64,000 nucleotides of DNA from Patescibacteria group bacterium (GTDB lineage Bacteria; Patescibacteriota; Patescibacteriia; Patescibacteriales; UBA12465), in the NCBI GenBank assembly GCA_049317985.1, contig JBMOHF010000003.1, positions 22,350 through 86,349 on the forward strand, in the 5' to 3' direction. The notes under the pieces are model-generated. The model searched no databases. It saw only the letters and a list, made by a program, of their open reading frames with translations, and had not been told where the DNA came from. Shown here piece after piece: positions 26,482 through 36,756 of the stretch (the stretch's first letter is position 1; every line of letters begins with the position of its first letter). Position numbers and translations under genes: made by a program.

Positions 26482-26487
26482 GAAATA

Positions 26488-26521
26488 TAAAAACTGACTT
26501 CAATTACGAAGTCAGTTTTTT
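26488..26521. terminator. Bidirectional intrinsic terminator
   Basis: ctgactt / aagtcag hairpin (26494..26515) with flanking A-run and T-run. It is the only terminator after the 20131..26481 gene string. Confidence 0.8.
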
Positions 26522-26536
26522 ATTGAAGAAAAAATT

Positions 26537-26941
26537 TTAATCACTCATCCGATCCATCGCTTCATTTGCTAGCGTATCGGCTTCTTTATTTTTCTCGCGC
26601 GGGATATGAGTAAAAGTAAGTTTTTTAAAATCCAAGGAAATATTATGAATCTTTAAAAAAAGCGGGGCTAATTCTTGATTCTTCACTTTATACTCTCGTT
26701 TTAGTTGTTTTACCACTAGTTCACTGTCCAAGAAACAATCAACTTCATCAGCGCCGATTTCCTTCGCCCTCTCAAGAGCCATAATTAAGGCACGATATTC
26801 CGCCTGGTTATTAGTGGTCTCACCTAGGTAACGAGAAAGTCTTTCGATGATTTCATTTTTTTCATTATATAAAACCGCGCCGATTCCTGCTGGCCCCGGG
26901 TTCCCTCTGGCTCCCCCGTCAGAAAAAGAAATTAATTTCAT
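26537..26941 (-). CDS. rnhA: Ribonuclease HI
   Basis: 134 aa. FSDGGARGNPGPAGIGAVL, NNQAEYRALIMALE, DSELVVKQL motifs. Confidence 0.9.
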   Translation of the reverse strand: MKLISFSDGGARGNPGPAGIGAVLYNEKNEIIERLSRYLGETTNNQAEYRALIMALERAKEIGADEVDCFLDSELVVKQLKREYKVKNQELAPLFLKIHNISLDFKKLTFTHIPREKNKEADTLANEAMDRMSD

Positions 26942-28707
26942 ATTTTTTGTAAATCAATTATTTTTAATTGAATTTCTCTTCGGCCATTAAAATCATTCCA
27001 TTCCGCAAAGTAAGCCAGGTCAATAAAATCTCCAACTTCGCAGTGTTTATATACTTCTGTGCCACCGAAACAAATTGCCCAAAGGCTAAAATCATTTTCA
27101 TCGGACACTTTGAATTTTATATGCTGGTTATCAACGCCCATTTGAAAAGCTTCAACAATCTTCAACCCACGACTGGCAAATTTTGGCTGAGGGTTGTGTT
27201 GTCCGAAGGGAGAAAAAAGAGAAATCTCGGCCAATAGTTCTTCATTAACCGCTACCAGAGGAATCTCGACTTCAATCTTTATTTTTGGCACTAAATTTAC
27301 TTCACCTAATTTTCTTTTGGCGATTTCTTCAAGCTTCACAACAAACCGATCCAACTTCTCTCGACTATCAACGCTAAAACCACAGGCCATTGGATGACCA
27401 CCGTATTTTCCAACTAAACCACCTTCATTTTGAGCAACTTCTTCAATTGCTTCAATTAAATTAAACTCTTCAATTGAGCGTCCAGATCCCTTGAAGCCAT
27501 CCTCTGTTGAAGTAACAACGATTGTTGGACGATAATACCTCTCACAAATCTTTCCCGCGACTAAACCAATAATGCCTTCGCTCCAAATTTTTTCTTGATT
27601 AGAAATTGCTGCTAAAAAATATTTTGGTCCAGCAGCAAATTGTTCATCAATTTGTGCCCTGGCCTCACCAACCGCTTCTTCGGTAATTTTTTGTCGATCA
27701 CTATTTCTGGTATTCAAATCTTTGGCGATAACCTCGGCTTTTGCACTGTCTTCACAAACCAATAACGCAAAAGCATTATTTGCATGATCCATTCGGCTAG
27801 CGGCGTTTAAACGAGGACCAATTTGAAAACCAATATTCCAAGACTCCAAGCGACGAAGATTGTCTAGTTTAGAAATTTTTATTAGTTCAACTAACCCAGG
27901 CCTCTTGGTTTCATTTAATACATCCAGCCCTCGACTAACAAGAGAACGATTTTCGCCCATCAAAGTCACCATATCAGCAACTGTACCGATGGCCACCAAG
28001 TCAAGAAGTCTTTCTAGCAAATAGTGCTTTTGTTCATCGGATAATTTTGAACGAGAAACTATTGCGCTTGCAACCTTAAAAGATACACCAACTCCTGCTA
28101 AGAAACGAAAAGGATATTGATTGCGACGATCAGCCGGGTTAATAATCAAACAATTAGGTAAATCTTCTTCGTTGTCAGGTAAAGTATGGTGATCAGTAAT
28201 AATAACTTCAAGCCCGCGCTCTTTCGCATAAGCGACTTCTTCTTTATTTCTGATTCCTGTGTCCACTGTGACTGCTAATTTAACTCCCGAAGCGATTAAT
28301 TGATCAATCGCTTCCCGATTCAAACCATACCCCTCACTAACTCGATCGGGAAGATAAACTTCAACCTTGGCTTTCAAAATTTTTAGGGTCTCAAGCAAAA
28401 CGGCTGCCGCAGTGATGCCATCAGCATCATAATCACCATAAACGACAATCTTTTCACCGGCCTTAATTTTTTCAATTAGCAGACAGACCGCCGCCTCCAT
28501 GTCGCGGAATAGGAACGGATCGTTAAAACCTTCTTCAGGATTCAAAAAAGTCTCGATTTCATCCTCGGTTCGAAGACCACGATTATAAAGTAACTGCGCC
28601 ATTACTGGCGAAAAACCGATATTTTCCGCAAAGAAACCTTCTGGCGCCTGGGCGTAAGATTGCCAAATTTTAGACATAAGGATGGAGTTAATAGAAAATT
28701 GAGCCAA
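26938..28707 (-). CDS. recJ: Single-stranded-DNA-specific exonuclease RecJ
   Basis: DHH motifs VYGDYDADGITAAAV, DTG, ITDHH. GGHPMACG motif. Start is uncertain (TTG 28707 or ATG 28677). Confidence 0.9.
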   Translation of the reverse strand: MAQFSINSILMSKIWQSYAQAPEGFFAENIGFSPVMAQLLYNRGLRTEDEIETFLNPEEGFNDPFLFRDMEAAVCLLIEKIKAGEKIVVYGDYDADGITAAAVLLETLKILKAKVEVYLPDRVSEGYGLNREAIDQLIASGVKLAVTVDTGIRNKEEVAYAKERGLEVIITDHHTLPDNEEDLPNCLIINPADRRNQYPFRFLAGVGVSFKVASAIVSRSKLSDEQKHYLLERLLDLVAIGTVADMVTLMGENRSLVSRGLDVLNETKRPGLVELIKISKLDNLRRLESWNIGFQIGPRLNAASRMDHANNAFALLVCEDSAKAEVIAKDLNTRNSDRQKITEEAVGEARAQIDEQFAAGPKYFLAAISNQEKIWSEGIIGLVAGKICERYYRPTIVVTSTEDGFKGSGRSIEEFNLIEAIEEVAQNEGGLVGKYGGHPMACGFSVDSREKLDRFVVKLEEIAKRKLGEVNLVPKIKIEVEIPLVAVNEELLAEISLFSPFGQHNPQPKFASRGLKIVEAFQMGVDNQHIKFKVSDENDFSLWAICFGGTEVYKHCEVGDFIDLAYFAEWNDFNGRREIQLKIIDLQKI

Positions 28708-28798
28708 AAGTCCAAGCGAGCATGGAGATCATTACCATTAAAGAGATTAAAATTGTAATCGCTTTAAAGATTTTTTTTCTTTTAATTTTCATAAGATA

Positions 28799-30622
28799 TT
28801 ATTGTCTTTTTAAAATTTTTACGAAGGTGTCAGGTGGAATTTCAACACTACCTTTCCCAGCTGCCATCATCTTCTTTTTTCCTTTTTTTTGTTTTTCTAA
28901 TAATTTTCTTTTGCGAGAAACATCGCCGCCATAAAGTTTGGCAGTCACATCCTTGCTCATAGCGCTAATTCTTTCGGAAGCAATTACTTTTGCGCCAACC
29001 GAAGCTTGCAGCTTTAGGACAAACATTTGCTTCGGTAAAGTATCCTTAAGTATTTTAACAATTTCTTTTCCTTCACGGAAGGCATCATCTCGGTAAACAA
29101 TTGTTGATAGCGATTCCACGACTTCTTCGGCAACCAGAATGTCCATTTTAACAACATCTGCTTCACGATAATCAAAGAATTCGTAATTCAATGAAGCATA
29201 GCCAGAGGAAACACTTTTAATTTTGTCGTAAAAATCCGTTAAAATTGCCGACATCGGAATTTCATAGTGAAGCATCACGCGAGCATCATCGCCTTCAGCT
29301 GAAAGATATTCAGTATTTTTATATAGACCCCGTTTATCCTGCGCGACCTTCATGATATTTCCCAAATAAACTTTGGGGGTAATAATATCTAACTTCACCC
29401 ATGGCTCACGAATCTTATCAATTCGGGTTGGATCTGGTAGGCGTTGAGGAGTGCGAACAACAATCTCTTCCCCGTCGCTCTTTAAAACTTGATAGGCCAC
29501 GCTTGGTACTGTGACAATTAAATCTAGATCATATTCTCGACGCAATCTTTCTTGGCAAACTTCTAAGTGAAGCAAACCTAAAAAACCACAACGGAAACCG
29601 AGGCCCAAAGCATCTGATCTTTCCGGTTCATAAGCGAGAGCGGCATCATTTAATTTTAATTTTTCCATCGCTTCCCTTAGTTCTTTAAAGTCGCTGCCTT
29701 CACGCGGGAAAACACCGGCAAAAACCATCGGCTTTACCTCTTGGTAACCATGGAGCGCTTCCAAATCTTTTCGGTCCGCCTGACTCGAAGCAGTGCTGAT
29801 TGTATCACCAACTCGGCAATCACCGACTTGCTTGAAGCCAGTAATAATATAACCAATTTCTCCTTCTTTCAATTCATTAGTGGAAAAATAATCTGGTTTA
29901 AATATTCCAATATCTAATACTTCACTCTCGGCTTCAGCAATAATCAGCCGAATCTTATCTCCCTTCTTGATACTACCATTAAAAACTCGGACATAGGCGA
30001 CAACGCCTTTGTATTCGTCGTATTTGGAATCAAAAATGAGAGCCCGAGAAAGTTCAGGATTTTTAGTCGGCGAACTTTTTGGACTGGGACCATTTTTGAT
30101 TACTGATTGCAAAATATCAATTACGCCTTCACCGGTTTTTCCAGAAGCACATAAAATTTCTTCTTCCTTGCAGCCAATTAACTTGATAATTTCTGCTTTT
30201 GTTTTTGGCACATCAGCCGCTGGTAAATCAATTTTATTTACCACCGGAATAATTGTCAGGTCTTGATCAAGGGCTAAGTATAAATTTGCCAAAGTCTGGG
30301 CCTGAATTCCTTGCGTGCAGTCCACTAACAAAACCGCCGTCTCAACGGCGGCAAGAGAGCGGGAAACTTCATAAGAGAAATCGACGTGACCAGGAGTATC
30401 AATTAAATTTAACTGATAACCCTCGAAATTCATGGTTACTGGTTGCAATTTGATTGTAATACCGCGCTCACGTTCAATGTCCATGCCATCAAGAATCTGG
30501 TCTTTCATCTTGCGCTTATCGACCGTACCAGTAAGTTCAAGCATGCGGTCGGCAAGGGTGGATTTGCCGTGATCAATGTGAGCAATAATACAAAAATTTC
30601 TGATTTTTTCGCTTCTATTCAT
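28799..30622 (-). CDS. lepA: Translation elongation factor 4
   Basis: 607 aa. IRNFCIIAHIDHGKSTLADR G1, DTPGHVDF G3, NKID G4. Characteristic LepA C-terminal domain. Confidence 0.95.
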   Translation of the reverse strand: MNRSEKIRNFCIIAHIDHGKSTLADRMLELTGTVDKRKMKDQILDGMDIERERGITIKLQPVTMNFEGYQLNLIDTPGHVDFSYEVSRSLAAVETAVLLVDCTQGIQAQTLANLYLALDQDLTIIPVVNKIDLPAADVPKTKAEIIKLIGCKEEEILCASGKTGEGVIDILQSVIKNGPSPKSSPTKNPELSRALIFDSKYDEYKGVVAYVRVFNGSIKKGDKIRLIIAEAESEVLDIGIFKPDYFSTNELKEGEIGYIITGFKQVGDCRVGDTISTASSQADRKDLEALHGYQEVKPMVFAGVFPREGSDFKELREAMEKLKLNDAALAYEPERSDALGLGFRCGFLGLLHLEVCQERLRREYDLDLIVTVPSVAYQVLKSDGEEIVVRTPQRLPDPTRIDKIREPWVKLDIITPKVYLGNIMKVAQDKRGLYKNTEYLSAEGDDARVMLHYEIPMSAILTDFYDKIKSVSSGYASLNYEFFDYREADVVKMDILVAEEVVESLSTIVYRDDAFREGKEIVKILKDTLPKQMFVLKLQASVGAKVIASERISAMSKDVTAKLYGGDVSRKRKLLEKQKKGKKKMMAAGKGSVEIPPDTFVKILKRQ

Positions 30623-30733
30623 AGAATCATCTTACTTGATTTGCCAAAAGCGGTCAATGGATGTCGCTAATATTTAAGTAATTCTTGCGAGTTACGCCAC
30701 TTAGGAAACTAAACAACTGCGGATATTTCCTAT

Positions 30734-30762
30734 TTGACAAAAATGACTAATATTTATAAGAT
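30734..30762 (+). promoter_or_regulatory. Promoter-like TTGACA-17 nt-TAAGAT
   Basis: Upstream of the 30811 gene, which also has a clear SD (aggaaggaga) 5-9 nt before the ATG. Confidence 0.45.
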
Positions 30763-30810
30763 AGAAACAATTCGTAAATTAATAATTTATAAATAGGAAG
30801 GAGAAAAGAT

Positions 30811-31098
30811 ATGCTAGGTTATGCACTCGTTTTTTTATCAGGATTAGTTATTGGAATCTTCGTAATGGCTTATTACCGCGACACTTTTATCCTCTATAAA
30901 GCCGGCACTGGCGTTACAACGAATTTAATTCAAAAAAAAGATAACCTTTCAGATGAAGAGGTTATTGAATTAAAATTTAGAAACAGTCCTATTACTTATG
31001 ACCGCGTCAGGGTAATTCGCTGTGAATCAACAACTATTATTGACTGCGAGCAAGATTATTACTCATATATTATTGAGTACTGGCCCAAAAATACCTAA
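30811..31098 (+). CDS. Small membrane-anchored hypothetical protein
   Basis: 95 aa. N-terminal TM helix LGYALVFLSGLVIGIFVMAYY. Strong SD. Confidence 0.6.
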   Translation: MLGYALVFLSGLVIGIFVMAYYRDTFILYKAGTGVTTNLIQKKDNLSDEEVIELKFRNSPITYDRVRVIRCESTTIIDCEQDYYSYIIEYWPKNT

Positions 31099-31113
31099 CA
31101 ACTGCTTACAAGC

Positions 31114-31146
31114 AAAAAGCCATCCAGGAAACGGATGGCTTTTTTT
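31114..31146. terminator. Bidirectional intrinsic terminator
   Basis: gccatcc / ggatggc hairpin (31119..31139) with A-run and 7-T run. Lies between convergent genes. Confidence 0.8.
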
Positions 31147-31163
31147 AATTTTATTAATAAAAT

Positions 31164-32777
31164 CTAATTCCCTCTCGCCTCACTCTGATCTTCAACCTGG
31201 ACTTTCTTAAATCGCCAACGACCACTCAAAGCGGAAACAAAGCTATCCATTTCTTCGCTTCCTAACATTTTACAAATAAAGGCATAAACTAAAGTTCCGA
31301 CAATGAATGAAACGGATAATTGAATAAACACACCATAAAATCTGGTCATATCGATATATGGCCAAACAGCAACTTTGGAAATCTGAATTGCTACTCCTGC
31401 TAAAAGTGCAGCTGCCGAATATTTTAAGGCACTAATGAATATTGGGAAAGCATTGAAAATTGGAATTTCGACATAAATAAAAAGCCAAAGGAGCACGAAA
31501 TTTAAAGCGCTGGAAACTGAGGCAGCAATCGCCAAGCCGGTCACGCCCATTTTCCGTCCAAGAAACCAAGACAGAACAAGATTAGCAAGGACACTCAAGC
31601 CGCCAATATACAAAGGGGTTTTTGAATTATGTCGCGCATAAAAAACTCTAACAAGAAGAGGGGCGGCTGCCTGAGCAACCAAACTAGTGGAAAAAAGACC
31701 GAGTGCGTTCATAGTTTGAACCGTATCATTCCAATCAAAAGCTCCAGTGCCAAGAACAACACGAATAATCTGCGCCCGAAGTGTAATAATAAAGACGGTA
31801 GCCGGGATCACAAAAAACATAATTTGCCGCATGGTCGTGCTAAATTTTTTCAACAAAATTTCTGGATTAAAGGCATTCTCCGAGAAAGAAGGAAAGGCAG
31901 CAATTGCAAAAGAAACTCCAAAAATTCCAACCGGAAAAGAGGCCAGATTATTGGCAAAATTATAAATCGCTAAAGAGCCACTTGGCAGCATCGAAGCAAT
32001 TACAGTTGTGAAAAGCAGGCCAACTTGTGACACGGCCAAGCTGAGAGTTCGAGGAATCATCATCCTACCAATTTTTCTGGTGTTTAAGTCATGTCGGTTA
32101 AAGATTATTGACCAGCGAAACCCCAGACGATAAACAGCGGGAAATTGAATCGCGGCATGTAAAAATGCACCGATCACCACACCCCAAGCCAAACCATAAA
32201 TCCCCAGCCACCTTGAAAGATACAAGGCACCAAAAATAATTCCGAGATTATATGCCATCGGTGCGATTGAATAAACCAAGAATCTCTTGGTTGATTGCAG
32301 AATACCTCCTAAAACGCCAGATATTCCAAGAAACAAGGGGGACAAGAACATCACACGCGTCAGCTTGGCGGTTAAAAGTTGGGCCTCTGGGCTAAAACCG
32401 GGAGCAATAATTTTAACTAAAGGGTTAGCAAAAATAATTCCAAACACAGACAAAACAAAAATGACAAGAGATAGAAAATTTAAAACGTTGCTAGCTAAAT
32501 CCCAAGCTTCTTTGTTATTTTCCTCATCTTTTTTCAAAAGGGTAGTAAAAACTGGAATAAAGCCAGCCGATAAAGCACCTAAAACGACGAGATTAAAAAC
32601 CAAATCGGGAACCCTAAAAGCCGCGTAATAAATATCGAGAGATTCCCCGGCACCAAATTGACCTGCCAAAATTCGATCACGAATTACTCCCAATAACCTT
32701 GATAACAAAGAAGATAGAGCCACTAGCCCAGCCGCCAAAGTAATACTATTTATTTGTCCGCTTCGCTTCTTTTTCAT
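31164..32777 (-). CDS. murJ: Lipid II flippase MurJ
   Basis: ORF trimmed to ATG at 32777 (MKKKRSGQ). LSRLLGVIRDRILAGQFGAGESLDIYYAAFRVPD signature. About 14 TM helices. Confidence 0.9.
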   Translation of the reverse strand: MKKKRSGQINSITLAAGLVALSSLLSRLLGVIRDRILAGQFGAGESLDIYYAAFRVPDLVFNLVVLGALSAGFIPVFTTLLKKDEENNKEAWDLASNVLNFLSLVIFVLSVFGIIFANPLVKIIAPGFSPEAQLLTAKLTRVMFLSPLFLGISGVLGGILQSTKRFLVYSIAPMAYNLGIIFGALYLSRWLGIYGLAWGVVIGAFLHAAIQFPAVYRLGFRWSIIFNRHDLNTRKIGRMMIPRTLSLAVSQVGLLFTTVIASMLPSGSLAIYNFANNLASFPVGIFGVSFAIAAFPSFSENAFNPEILLKKFSTTMRQIMFFVIPATVFIITLRAQIIRVVLGTGAFDWNDTVQTMNALGLFSTSLVAQAAAPLLVRVFYARHNSKTPLYIGGLSVLANLVLSWFLGRKMGVTGLAIAASVSSALNFVLLWLFIYVEIPIFNAFPIFISALKYSAAALLAGVAIQISKVAVWPYIDMTRFYGVFIQLSVSFIVGTLVYAFICKMLGSEEMDSFVSALSGRWRFKKVQVEDQSEARGN

Positions 32778-32786
32778 AATAAATAA

Positions 32787-32795
32787 ATTATAGCA
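32787..32795 (-). promoter_or_regulatory. Extended -10 (TGCTATAAT) 9 nt upstream of murJ ATG
   Basis: Minus-strand reading gtgcTATAATttatttattATG. No SD. Confidence 0.4.
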
Positions 32796-32805
32796 CAAAC
32801 TCTCA

Positions 32806-32842
32806 AAAAAAATCCGCCCCAAATTTAAGGGCGGATTTTTTA
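32806..32842. terminator. Intrinsic terminator after rpoC (bidirectional shape)
   Basis: atccgccc / gggcggat hairpin (32813..32837) flanked by an 8-A run and a 5-T run. Confidence 0.75.
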
Positions 32843-32855
32843 AAGCAAAGAATAA

Positions 32856-35800
32856 TTACTTATATTCTTCACGAGTCTGCTTTCCTTTGTAGCCAGTTCC
32901 CGCTGGAATTAAACAACCAATAATAACATTTTCTTTCAAGCCCTCAAGATAATCGATCTTGCCATTAACGGCAGCCTCAATTAAAACACGAGGGGTTTCT
33001 TGGAAGGAAGCGGCAGAAAGGAAGCTATCGGTAGTCAAGGAAGCTTTGGTAATACCAAGCAATAATCTTTCAGCAGTTGCCGGATCGTTCGTTTCTCGGT
33101 TTGCCTTATCTAAAACTTCTTCTTCAATAGTCTCACCCGGTAAAAGAATTGTATCACCAGCATCTTTCACTAAATAACGAGAGAACATTTGACGAGCAAT
33201 AATTTCAATATGTTTGTCGTTTAATGGTTGACCCTGGGAAGAGTAAACATATTGAATTTCTCGAATAATATACTTCTGAGTTTCAAGTTGTCCTTTTAAT
33301 TTATAAAGCTCTCGCAAATCGAGACTACCTTCCGTTAATTGGACACCTCTTTCAATCGCATCGCCATCTTTCACCATGATCATGGTTCCGCGAGGGATCA
33401 AGAATTCCTTGATCTTTTCAATTTCTTTCGCAATCGAAACAAATTTGTCTTTTACTTCAGCATTTCCAGAGTCTTTTGCTTTCACGATCTCTTCCCCAAC
33501 AGAGAACAAAGGTGTCCCCTTCGAGACGTGTACTCCATCTTCCACTAAAACTTTGACAGCGAGTTTCTTTTTATCTTTTGAAGTAACACCGGCCGAAAGT
33601 TTAATTTCATTTTGTTTCTCGGAGAAATAATATTTATCCTGATCCTTTCCTTTGTAAGTTATGCTTAAAACCTTGGACTGAGGATTGGCAACAATAATTT
33701 CTTTACCATCTTTGTCTCTAATAACTTTCTGAGCGAATTCAATTTTGACAGTACCTGAAACATCAGTAATCAAAGCTTTTTTCTTTGGAGAACGAGCTTC
33801 AAAGATTTCTTCAACCCGAGGCAAACCTTGGGTAATATCATCTTGACCGGCAACACCACCAGTATGGAAGGTTCTCATGGTTAACTGAGTTCCTGGTTCA
33901 CCAATTGATTGAGCGGCGATAACTCCAACAGTTGCGCCAAGTTTTACTGGCTTGTTGTAAGCAAGGTCATAACCATAACACTTAGCACAAATTCCTTTAT
34001 GCATTTTGCAAGTTAAAACTGAGCGAACACAAACTTCTGAGATATCTTTTGAACGCAAATCCCGGACAACTTCTTCCGTCAACAATTCTCCGGCTGCCAA
34101 AAGCTTTTTACCGGCTGTATCTTTCAAGTCTTTAGCGAGGTAACGTCCGAGCATTCTTCTAAAAATATCTTCACCAACTTTTTCGCTTTCTGCTTTTGTG
34201 ATAATCAAACCCTCGACGTCACCACAATCATCTTGAGAAACAATAATATCTTGAGACACATCAACGAGACGACGAGTTAGATAACCTGCATTAGCGGTAC
34301 GAAGCGCCGTATCGGACAAACCTTTACGCACACCGTGGGTCGAAATAAAGTATTCCAAAACACCAAAGCCTTTTTTGAAGTTTCCCTTTACTGGTAATTC
34401 AATAATCGCACCAGACGGAGAGGTTACCAAACCTTTCATACCAAGAATCTGCACTGGTTGAGCCCAAGAACCTCTGGCTCCTGATTCAATCATGGAGAAC
34501 ACTGGCAAAATTTTTGTTAAACCTTTTTTACAAATTTCAGCAATTTTATCCTTAGTTTTCGTCCACTCCTCAACGACCTTGGCATATCTTTCACTTTCGG
34601 TAAGAAGACCTTCTTCGTATTGTTCTTGAATTAATTCAACTTGAGTGTTTGCTGCTTCAATTAATTGATCTTTTTCAGGCAAAGTTGGCAGATCACCGAA
34701 TCCCCAAGACAAACCAGATTTTGTGATAAAAGCAAAACTGCGATTTTTTAAATCATCAATAAAGTGAACAGTTTCATCTTCGCCATAAAGACGAAGCGCT
34801 TCACGAATTAAATCTTTTAATTTCCCCTTACCAACAACATCGTTGATAAAACGTAATTTATCTGGAAGAACCTGATTGAAAATTACTCGACCAACTGAGG
34901 TTCTGATTCTATTTCCTTCTGGCAAACGAACGATAATCGGTTGATGAAGAGTGATGAAATTATTTTGATAAGCCAAATCAGCTTCATCTTCATTGGAGAA
35001 AAATTTCAAATCCTGATCTTTCAAATCTTTCGTTTCAGAGTCTTCGAGGGTCATATAATAAGCACCCCAAACGATATCCTGAGAAGGAGCAACGATTGGA
35101 TCACCAGTCGCTGGCTTCAATAAATTGTGAGTTGAAAGCATTAACTCGGATGCTTCCTGACGAGCCTCCTTTGTTAAAGGAACGTGGACAGCCATTTGGT
35201 CTCCATCAAAGTCAGCGTTAAAAGCAGTACAAACAAGCGGATGAATCTGAATTGCTTTACCTTCAATCAAGATTGGTCTAAATGCTTGAATACCAAGGCG
35301 ATGAAGGGTTGGTGCGCGGTTTAAGAGAACAAAAGCCTCGCGAACAGTTTCTTCTAAAATATCGAAAACTTCATCGTGACCGGCTTCAATGTAGCGAGAT
35401 GCGCTGCGAACATTATGAACAATTTCTCTCTTAATTAATTGGCTGATAATAAATGGCTTGAACAATTCAATCGCCATGATCTTCGGCAAACCACATTGAT
35501 CTAAATTTAATTTTGGATTTACCACAATTACTGAACGACCAGAATAATCAACGCGCTTACCGAGTAAGTTTTGGCGGAAACGACCCTGTTTTCCTTTCAA
35601 GGAATCAGCTAAAGACTTCAACTGTCTTTTTTGACCAGTAGAGGCCGTGACTGTTTTACTATGACGCGCAGAGTTATCGATCAAAGCGTCAACCGCTTCT
35701 TGCAACATGCGTTTTTCATTTCGACAAATAACTTCCGGCGCATTCAAGTCTACCAACTGTTTCAAGCGATTATTACGATTAATAACGCGACGGTAGAGAT

Positions 35801-36716
35801 CGTTTAAGTCGGAAGCGGCAAAACGACCACCATCAAGAGCGACCATTGGACGCAAGTCTGGTGGTACGACTGGTAAAACATTTAAAATCATCCATTCTGG
35901 ACGAATATTATTGTTACGAAAACTCTTGAGAAGTTTTAAACGTTTAATTAATTTATCCTTTTTCGATTCAACCGCGTCAACAAGTTTTTCCTCTAATCTG
36001 GAAACACTTTTTACGAGATCAATTTTTTCTAATAGTTTACGAATTGCACCGGCGCCAATCCCTGCTTCAAAAACGTGACCAAATTTTAAACTTAAAGATT
36101 GGTAGTTTTGTTCAGAAATTACTAGCAAAGGCTTGAGATCTTTTAATTCTTTGAGGGTGGAATTGAATTCTTCATCCAATTGTTTTGTTTTTTCTTCCTT
36201 CAATTCTCCTCCTTCTTTTTCAATGCTTTTTTTCTTGGACTTGTATTCGTTTTTTATTTGTTCGATTGTTGCTTCTTTCAAATCTTCATCAACTTCCGTA
36301 ACAATGAAACTCGCATAATAAATAACTTTTTCGAGAGATTGGATGCCAAGATTAAGCAATAAGCCGATTTTTGAAGAAACGCCACGTAAAAACCAAATGT
36401 GAGTAGCTGGCACTTGAAGAGTGATGTGGCCCATTCTTTCGCGACGAACAACGCTCCGAGTTACTTCAACTCCGCACTTGTCACAAATAATACCTTTGTA
36501 ACGAATTTTCTTATACTTACCGCAGGCGCATTCCCAGTCTTTTGTTGGACCAAAAATTTTCTCGCAGAACAAACCGTCTTTTTCCGGTTTTTGGGTGCGA
36601 TAGTTAATGGTTTCTGGACGAATAACTTCGCCGAAAGACCATGACAGAATATTTTCTGGACTGGCCAATTTCAGGCGGATAGCGTCGAAATCACTAGTTT
36701 TGATTGGATTTAACAT
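32856..36716 (-). CDS. rpoC: DNA-directed RNA polymerase subunit beta'
   Basis: 1286 aa. Zn-finger [20 protein letters not shown], catalytic NADFDGD. Confidence 0.97.
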   Translation of the reverse strand: MLNPIKTSDFDAIRLKLASPENILSWSFGEVIRPETINYRTQKPEKDGLFCEKIFGPTKDWECACGKYKKIRYKGIICDKCGVEVTRSVVRRERMGHITLQVPATHIWFLRGVSSKIGLLLNLGIQSLEKVIYYASFIVTEVDEDLKEATIEQIKNEYKSKKKSIEKEGGELKEEKTKQLDEEFNSTLKELKDLKPLLVISEQNYQSLSLKFGHVFEAGIGAGAIRKLLEKIDLVKSVSRLEEKLVDAVESKKDKLIKRLKLLKSFRNNNIRPEWMILNVLPVVPPDLRPMVALDGGRFAASDLNDLYRRVINRNNRLKQLVDLNAPEVICRNEKRMLQEAVDALIDNSARHSKTVTASTGQKRQLKSLADSLKGKQGRFRQNLLGKRVDYSGRSVIVVNPKLNLDQCGLPKIMAIELFKPFIISQLIKREIVHNVRSASRYIEAGHDEVFDILEETVREAFVLLNRAPTLHRLGIQAFRPILIEGKAIQIHPLVCTAFNADFDGDQMAVHVPLTKEARQEASELMLSTHNLLKPATGDPIVAPSQDIVWGAYYMTLEDSETKDLKDQDLKFFSNEDEADLAYQNNFITLHQPIIVRLPEGNRIRTSVGRVIFNQVLPDKLRFINDVVGKGKLKDLIREALRLYGEDETVHFIDDLKNRSFAFITKSGLSWGFGDLPTLPEKDQLIEAANTQVELIQEQYEEGLLTESERYAKVVEEWTKTKDKIAEICKKGLTKILPVFSMIESGARGSWAQPVQILGMKGLVTSPSGAIIELPVKGNFKKGFGVLEYFISTHGVRKGLSDTALRTANAGYLTRRLVDVSQDIIVSQDDCGDVEGLIITKAESEKVGEDIFRRMLGRYLAKDLKDTAGKKLLAAGELLTEEVVRDLRSKDISEVCVRSVLTCKMHKGICAKCYGYDLAYNKPVKLGATVGVIAAQSIGEPGTQLTMRTFHTGGVAGQDDITQGLPRVEEIFEARSPKKKALITDVSGTVKIEFAQKVIRDKDGKEIIVANPQSKVLSITYKGKDQDKYYFSEKQNEIKLSAGVTSKDKKKLAVKVLVEDGVHVSKGTPLFSVGEEIVKAKDSGNAEVKDKFVSIAKEIEKIKEFLIPRGTMIMVKDGDAIERGVQLTEGSLDLRELYKLKGQLETQKYIIREIQYVYSSQGQPLNDKHIEIIARQMFSRYLVKDAGDTILLPGETIEEEVLDKANRETNDPATAERLLLGITKASLTTDSFLSAASFQETPRVLIEAAVNGKIDYLEGLKENVIIGCLIPAGTGYKGKQTREEYK

Positions 36717-36756
36717 ATAATTAAATGAAGCACTAAGTTAGTTAGATGAGAAAATT

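Noticed and set aside
28722-28934. 70-aa plus-strand ORF between recJ and lepA.
   Set aside because: It overlaps the conserved 3' end of lepA on the opposite strand and has a low-complexity Phe/Ile-rich sequence.
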